Assembly: GCA_963831725.1 (NCBI GenBank)
Contig: CAWHRF010000003.1
Coordinates: 179,859 to 243,858, forward strand
DNA: 64,000 nt
Source of the DNA: an uncultured Solirubrobacterales bacterium
GTDB lineage: Bacteria > Actinomycetota > Thermoleophilia > Solirubrobacterales > Solirubrobacteraceae
Direction of reading: 5' to 3'
The translations under genes and the position numbers were made by a program. Positions 59,923 through 64,000 of this stretch are shown here, in pieces; position 1 is the stretch's first letter; every line of letters begins with the position of its first letter. The notes below the pieces were generated by a model. That model did no database searches and was not told the DNA's origin. It saw nothing but the letters and a program-made list of their open reading frames with translations.

Positions 59923-61143
59923 ATGGCGCTCGTCGGAGAGCTGGAGCTCGAGAGCTTCGACTACACCGACCCCGACCTGAAGGGGGAGCGCTTTCACACG
60001 GCCATGCGCGAGCTGGCAGCCGAGGGGTGGCTGGCAGCTGGGCCGTACGGGTATGTGGTGCTCGACCGCGAGGCGGGCGAGTTCTTTCTACGGACACGCT
60101 CGGCGATCTTCCCCGGTATGAAGATCGCCGAGCTGTTCGGCGTGAGCGACGGCCCGCTGTGGGAGGAGATGCGGCGGAACATCCTGCATGTGAATGGTGC
60201 CGACCACACCCGTTTGCGTGCCCTCGTCAATCCCGCGCTCACGCCGAGAGCGGTCGAGCGGTGGCGCCCGGCGATGCGAGATTTTTTGGATCAGCTGTTC
60301 GTGCCCGTGGCAGACACGGGGCGGTGCGAGTTCGTGGAGGCGTTCGCGAAGCCCTACCCCTCGCGGACGATTGCCACGGTGATGGGGGCGCCGATCTCCG
60401 ACGCGCCGCGCCTGCACCACTGGTCCAACTGGATCCAGCGCCAGTTCGACGCCGCCTCGATGATGAACGAGCGGGCAGGGATCGAGCGGGCGGTGGAGGA
60501 GTTCTACGAGTATGCGCACGCGCTTTTGGCGGCGCGACGCGAGGATCAGGCCCACCCACCCGACGATTTGATCTCAACGCTGCTGGCGGCCGAGTACGAA
60601 GGCGACAGGCTGAGCGAGGAGGAGTGCGTGAACCTCGTGCTGAACGTGCTGATCGGCGGTGTGGACACGACCCAGAGCCAGCTCGCGCACGCGGTGCGGT
60701 TGCTGGCCGAGCACCCCGAGCAGTGGGCGGCGCTGGTGGATGACCCCTCGCTTGCGGGGCGCGCGGTGGAGGAGGCGCTGCGGTATGAGCCGATCACGCC
60801 GTTCACCGCACGCGTGACCGTCGAGGAGCTGACCTATCGCGACGTGACGTTCCCGGCGGACACGATCGTGATGGTGTGCGCGTTCACCGGCAACCGCGAC
60901 GGTGTGGGCGCCGAGCCGGAGCGGTTCGACATCACCGCCCAGCGTCCGAAGGCGCGCGCGCTGACGTTCGGGGCGGGCGTGCACTATTGCCTGGGCGCCA
61001 ACCTCGCGCGGCTGGAGTTGGAGGAGGGGTTGGCTTTTCTCGCGCGCAAGATGCCGCGGCTGGAGCTCGACGGCGAGCCGGTGTACGAGAGCATCCTCGG
61101 CATCTACGGCCTCGCCGAGCTGCCGATCAAATTCGGTGGATAG
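59923..61143 (+). CDS. Cytochrome P450
   Basis: HTRLR, GGVDTT, EEALR, FGAGVHYCLG. Confidence 0.95.
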   Translation: MALVGELELESFDYTDPDLKGERFHTAMRELAAEGWLAAGPYGYVVLDREAGEFFLRTRSAIFPGMKIAELFGVSDGPLWEEMRRNILHVNGADHTRLRALVNPALTPRAVERWRPAMRDFLDQLFVPVADTGRCEFVEAFAKPYPSRTIATVMGAPISDAPRLHHWSNWIQRQFDAASMMNERAGIERAVEEFYEYAHALLAARREDQAHPPDDLISTLLAAEYEGDRLSEEECVNLVLNVLIGGVDTTQSQLAHAVRLLAEHPEQWAALVDDPSLAGRAVEEALRYEPITPFTARVTVEELTYRDVTFPADTIVMVCAFTGNRDGVGAEPERFDITAQRPKARALTFGAGVHYCLGANLARLELEEGLAFLARKMPRLELDGEPVYESILGIYGLAELPIKFGG

Positions 61144-61318
61144 GAGCGGGCCGAACATTCGTCGATTTTGAGGGTCCGAAGATTCCGCGTCCCTAGCATG
61201 GTGGCCGCCAAGCAGATGCTATGGCGGCAAATTGACAGGGGGGTGAGGTGCGCGGCGCCGACGACATGCATGTCGAGGGCGGCTCTGCCGCCGGCCCAAT
61301 CGGAAAGGAATCTGACGG

Positions 61319-63184
61319 ATGTCCAGGATGAGACGCTCGATAGCTGCGCCCACGTTCGCGCAGCCCGGCCGCGCGGGGGCAGTGCTCGCGATGGCTGCCG
61401 TGTTGTGTGTGTTCGCCCCGGCGACGGGCGCGTGGGCGGGGAAGTATCACGTGTACAGCTGCCGGATGCCCAACGGCGAGGTGGCACCCACGGATGGGTG
61501 GAGCGGGAGCGCGACGGGCGCATACGTCTATGCCGAAGACAAGTGCGCGAAAGGTGGTGCTCTGGTTGCGGCGCTCGAAGATGATGTCGAACACGAAAAG
61601 ACCGATATTGCAACGTGGACGTTCAGCACTCTGGCCGAAGAGACGCTGGCTGGAGCGACACTCTGGCGTGCAGGCGATGCTGATGGAGGCCTTGCGAAAA
61701 GCGGAACGTATGAGTTCTGGCTTGCTGGTCCAGGCGAGAATGAAGTCTTTGACGAATGTGTTTACGGCGGCTCGGAACCTTGCAAGGCCGGGAAGGGGGA
61801 AGTGGATGAACCAATGGCATCTGCAAATCGGTTTGAACTATCCGGCAGCCATCTTGGCTCGCACTTGTACGTAAACGCGGCATGCTTCGCGACGCTTGGG
61901 AGTTGCAAAAAGGGTGAACACGACCCCAATGGCTACGCCGCGGTTGTCTACCTCTATGCAGCCGACCTCACGCTCGAACAGACCTCGCAGCCCGCGGTCT
62001 CCGATGTCGAAGGCGAACTCGCCACCGCCTCCACGCTCAGCGGCACCGTCGACCTCTCGCTCCACGCCGAAGACTCCGGCTCGGGGGTCTACGAGGCGGT
62101 GTTCACGGTCGACGGCGTCGAAACCGGCTCGGTGCTGCTCGACGAAAACGACGGGCACTGCCGCAACGTCGGCCAGACCACGGACGGGCTGCCCGCGTTC
62201 CTCTACCTGCAGCCGTGCCCCGCGTCGCTGAGCGCCGACATCCCGTTCAACACAACCACGCTCAGCGACGGCACCCACCACCTCGTGGTGACCGTCACCG
62301 ATGCGGCCGGCGACTCCACGGTGGCGCTCGACCGCAAGATCACGGTCGCCAACGATCCGCAGGTGTCCCCGCCGTCGAAAGAACCACCGACCTCCAAAGA
62401 ACCGCCGGTGTCGAAAGAACCACCGGCGCAGTCGCAGGCAGGGGACGGCGACTCGCCCGCGACCACCAGCGGGAACGACCAGCTGACCCAAAACAGCCCC
62501 GCCGCGCAGAGCCAGAGCGACAACGGCACGAGCGCATCCGCCGGCGCCACGCTGCACGTGCGCTGGAGTGCCACCGCGCACACGGCACTCGCCGGCACCA
62601 GTGGCCACGCCAGCACGGCGGTGGGACAGCTCACCGCGCCCAGCGGCGCGCCGATCGCGGGTGCGCTCGTGCAGGTGCTCAGCACGCCCAGCTATGAGGG
62701 TGCACACACGGTCGCGCTCGCGCCGCTGCGCACCGCCTCTGACGGTAGCTTCCGCGTGCGCCTGCCCGCCAGCACACCGTCGAGCCGGATCACCTTCGCC
62801 TACAGCGCCAGCACATCAAGCGCCGTTCCCAGCGTGACCGCCGCGCTCACGCTCACGGTTCCCGCGAGCCTCGCCCTGCGCGTCGCGCCGCGCACTACTC
62901 GCGCCGGCGGCACGATCGTGTTCAGCGGCACGCTCCACGGCGTCCACCTGCCGCCCGGCGGCAAGACGCTCGTGCTCGAGGCCCGCGCTGGGGGGGCGGG
63001 TTCCCATTCCCGCTGGCGCCAATTCCAAGTGCTCGCCACGCGCGCCCACGGTCGCTACCGCGCCAGCTACCGCTTCCGGCTGCCCGGCCCGATCACTTAT
63101 CAGTTCCGCGCGGTGTCCCCAGCGGAGGCAGATTTTCCATACGGGGCCGGCGCGTCGAATGTGGTGGCGGTGTTCGAGGGGTAG
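61319..63184 (+). CDS. Secreted multidomain hypothetical protein (Cys-containing N-domain, Ig-like domains, Pro-rich linker)
   Basis: RBS GAAAGGA, signal peptide ending AWA, AEDSGSGV and DGTHHLVVTVTDAAG Ig-like motifs, (PPxSKE)x3 linker near 62370-62425. Confidence 0.8.
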   Translation: MSRMRRSIAAPTFAQPGRAGAVLAMAAVLCVFAPATGAWAGKYHVYSCRMPNGEVAPTDGWSGSATGAYVYAEDKCAKGGALVAALEDDVEHEKTDIATWTFSTLAEETLAGATLWRAGDADGGLAKSGTYEFWLAGPGENEVFDECVYGGSEPCKAGKGEVDEPMASANRFELSGSHLGSHLYVNAACFATLGSCKKGEHDPNGYAAVVYLYAADLTLEQTSQPAVSDVEGELATASTLSGTVDLSLHAEDSGSGVYEAVFTVDGVETGSVLLDENDGHCRNVGQTTDGLPAFLYLQPCPASLSADIPFNTTTLSDGTHHLVVTVTDAAGDSTVALDRKITVANDPQVSPPSKEPPTSKEPPVSKEPPAQSQAGDGDSPATTSGNDQLTQNSPAAQSQSDNGTSASAGATLHVRWSATAHTALAGTSGHASTAVGQLTAPSGAPIAGALVQVLSTPSYEGAHTVALAPLRTASDGSFRVRLPASTPSSRITFAYSASTSSAVPSVTAALTLTVPASLALRVAPRTTRAGGTIVFSGTLHGVHLPPGGKTLVLEARAGGAGSHSRWRQFQVLATRAHGRYRASYRFRLPGPITYQFRAVSPAEADFPYGAGASNVVAVFEG

Positions 63185-63189
63185 TCCAC

Positions 63190-63680
63190 GTGATGGCCGA
63201 GCCTAGCGTCACGTTGTGCCCTCCCGGTCCCGGTCGCCTGCTCGCGGCGGCGCTTGACCCGCTCCGCGAGGTTGGGCTCAATCAACTCGCGATCCAAGCG
63301 ACCCTCGCCGGTGGCCTCGACGCGCAGGCGCTCGGCGTTCTTGCTGCCGATCTCGCCCTTGGCGGCACGCTCGTAGTGCTTACGCCGTGGCTTGCGCCGG
63401 TGTTGGCCCTCGTGGTCTCAGCGTTTGTCGCGATCGTCGCTGTCGCCGTGCCGTCAGGAATCATGGCGCCACGCTGCGCAGCTTGATCAGGGACACTGAG
63501 GCGCTGTTCGAGACCGAGGCAGCCAGCACTGACGGAGAGCTGCGCTGGTTGATCGTTGAGAATCTCAGCAACGCACTCGATGCAAACGCCGGCACCCTGC
63601 GTCTCAAGGGAAATCTCGTCACGGGTGCCATCGGTCTGCTTCTCCTGAGCGTGCTGCTAATCCTCGCCCACAACCCCTAA
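63190..63680 (+). pseudogene. Membrane protein gene split by a frameshift near 63460
   Basis: Two overlapping ORFs join plausibly: ...LDAQALGVLAAD...VAVAVPSG / NHGATLRSL...NAGTLRLKGNLVTGAIGLLLL. Confidence 0.5.
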
Positions 63681-63700
63681 GCCAGAGGTACAATCGTCTT

Positions 63701-63865
63701 ATGTCCACAACGAGTCCTCTCACAGACGTGCAGCGCCCCACGATTGCGAGCACGTCGGTGCCTGAGTTGCCGCCGCTCGAGCCGCTGCTGATGCCCAGTG
63801 GTCCCGCGTTCCCGGAGTTCGTTTACCGCTTCATCGGCAAGCTGTTCCGCCTCGGTCGCATTTAG
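63701..63865 (+). CDS. 54-aa leaderless small protein
   Basis: TACAAT-N6-ATG; MSTTSPLTDVQRPTIASTSVPELPPLEPLLMPSGPAFPEFVYRFIGKLFRLGRI. Confidence 0.5.
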   Translation: MSTTSPLTDVQRPTIASTSVPELPPLEPLLMPSGPAFPEFVYRFIGKLFRLGRI

Positions 63866-64000
63866 TCGAGCCATCTCCATCACGGTTCTCCGAGCGCGTC
63901 TCTGAGCTGCTGACCTGAGTGTTGGAGAGTGAGGTGGCCGTAAGTTTGCGGTGGTACGCGCAACCGCGGAGTCCAACGCGTCGGTGGCGGTAAGAACTGT

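Overview
High-GC actinobacterial chromosomal DNA. The gene content and many leaderless TANNNT-N6/7-start promoters suggest Thermoleophilia/Solirubrobacterales (inference). Most of the window is ordinary metabolism: an FprA-like reductase, two P450s, crotonase, a secreted YncE/phosphoesterase with a divergent ABC-2 pair, an APC permease, GT4 plus glycogen-debranching enzyme, two MFS transporters, a BCCP-carboxyltransferase, a zwf-GH15-ndh-cydDCAB cluster, rarA, aquaporin, acyl-CoA dehydrogenase, alkB-TetR, an arylsulfotransferase, an IcmA-type B12 mutase and HU. There are two tRNAs, Val-TAC and Asp-GTC. The main result is a ~7 kb decayed island directly after tRNA-Asp. It carries a tightly coupled five-gene operon: SeqA_N-Mrr_N protein, winged-helix protein, MORC-type GHKL ATPase, C5 cytosine methyltransferase and Vsr, with no recognisable restriction nuclease. 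An HTH-PIN toxin-antitoxin pair follows, and apparent recombinase and ImmA/IrrE remnants flank the island. This is the best candidate for an undescribed methylation/MORC-based defence or silencing system. All calls come from motif recognition by eye; no searches were run.
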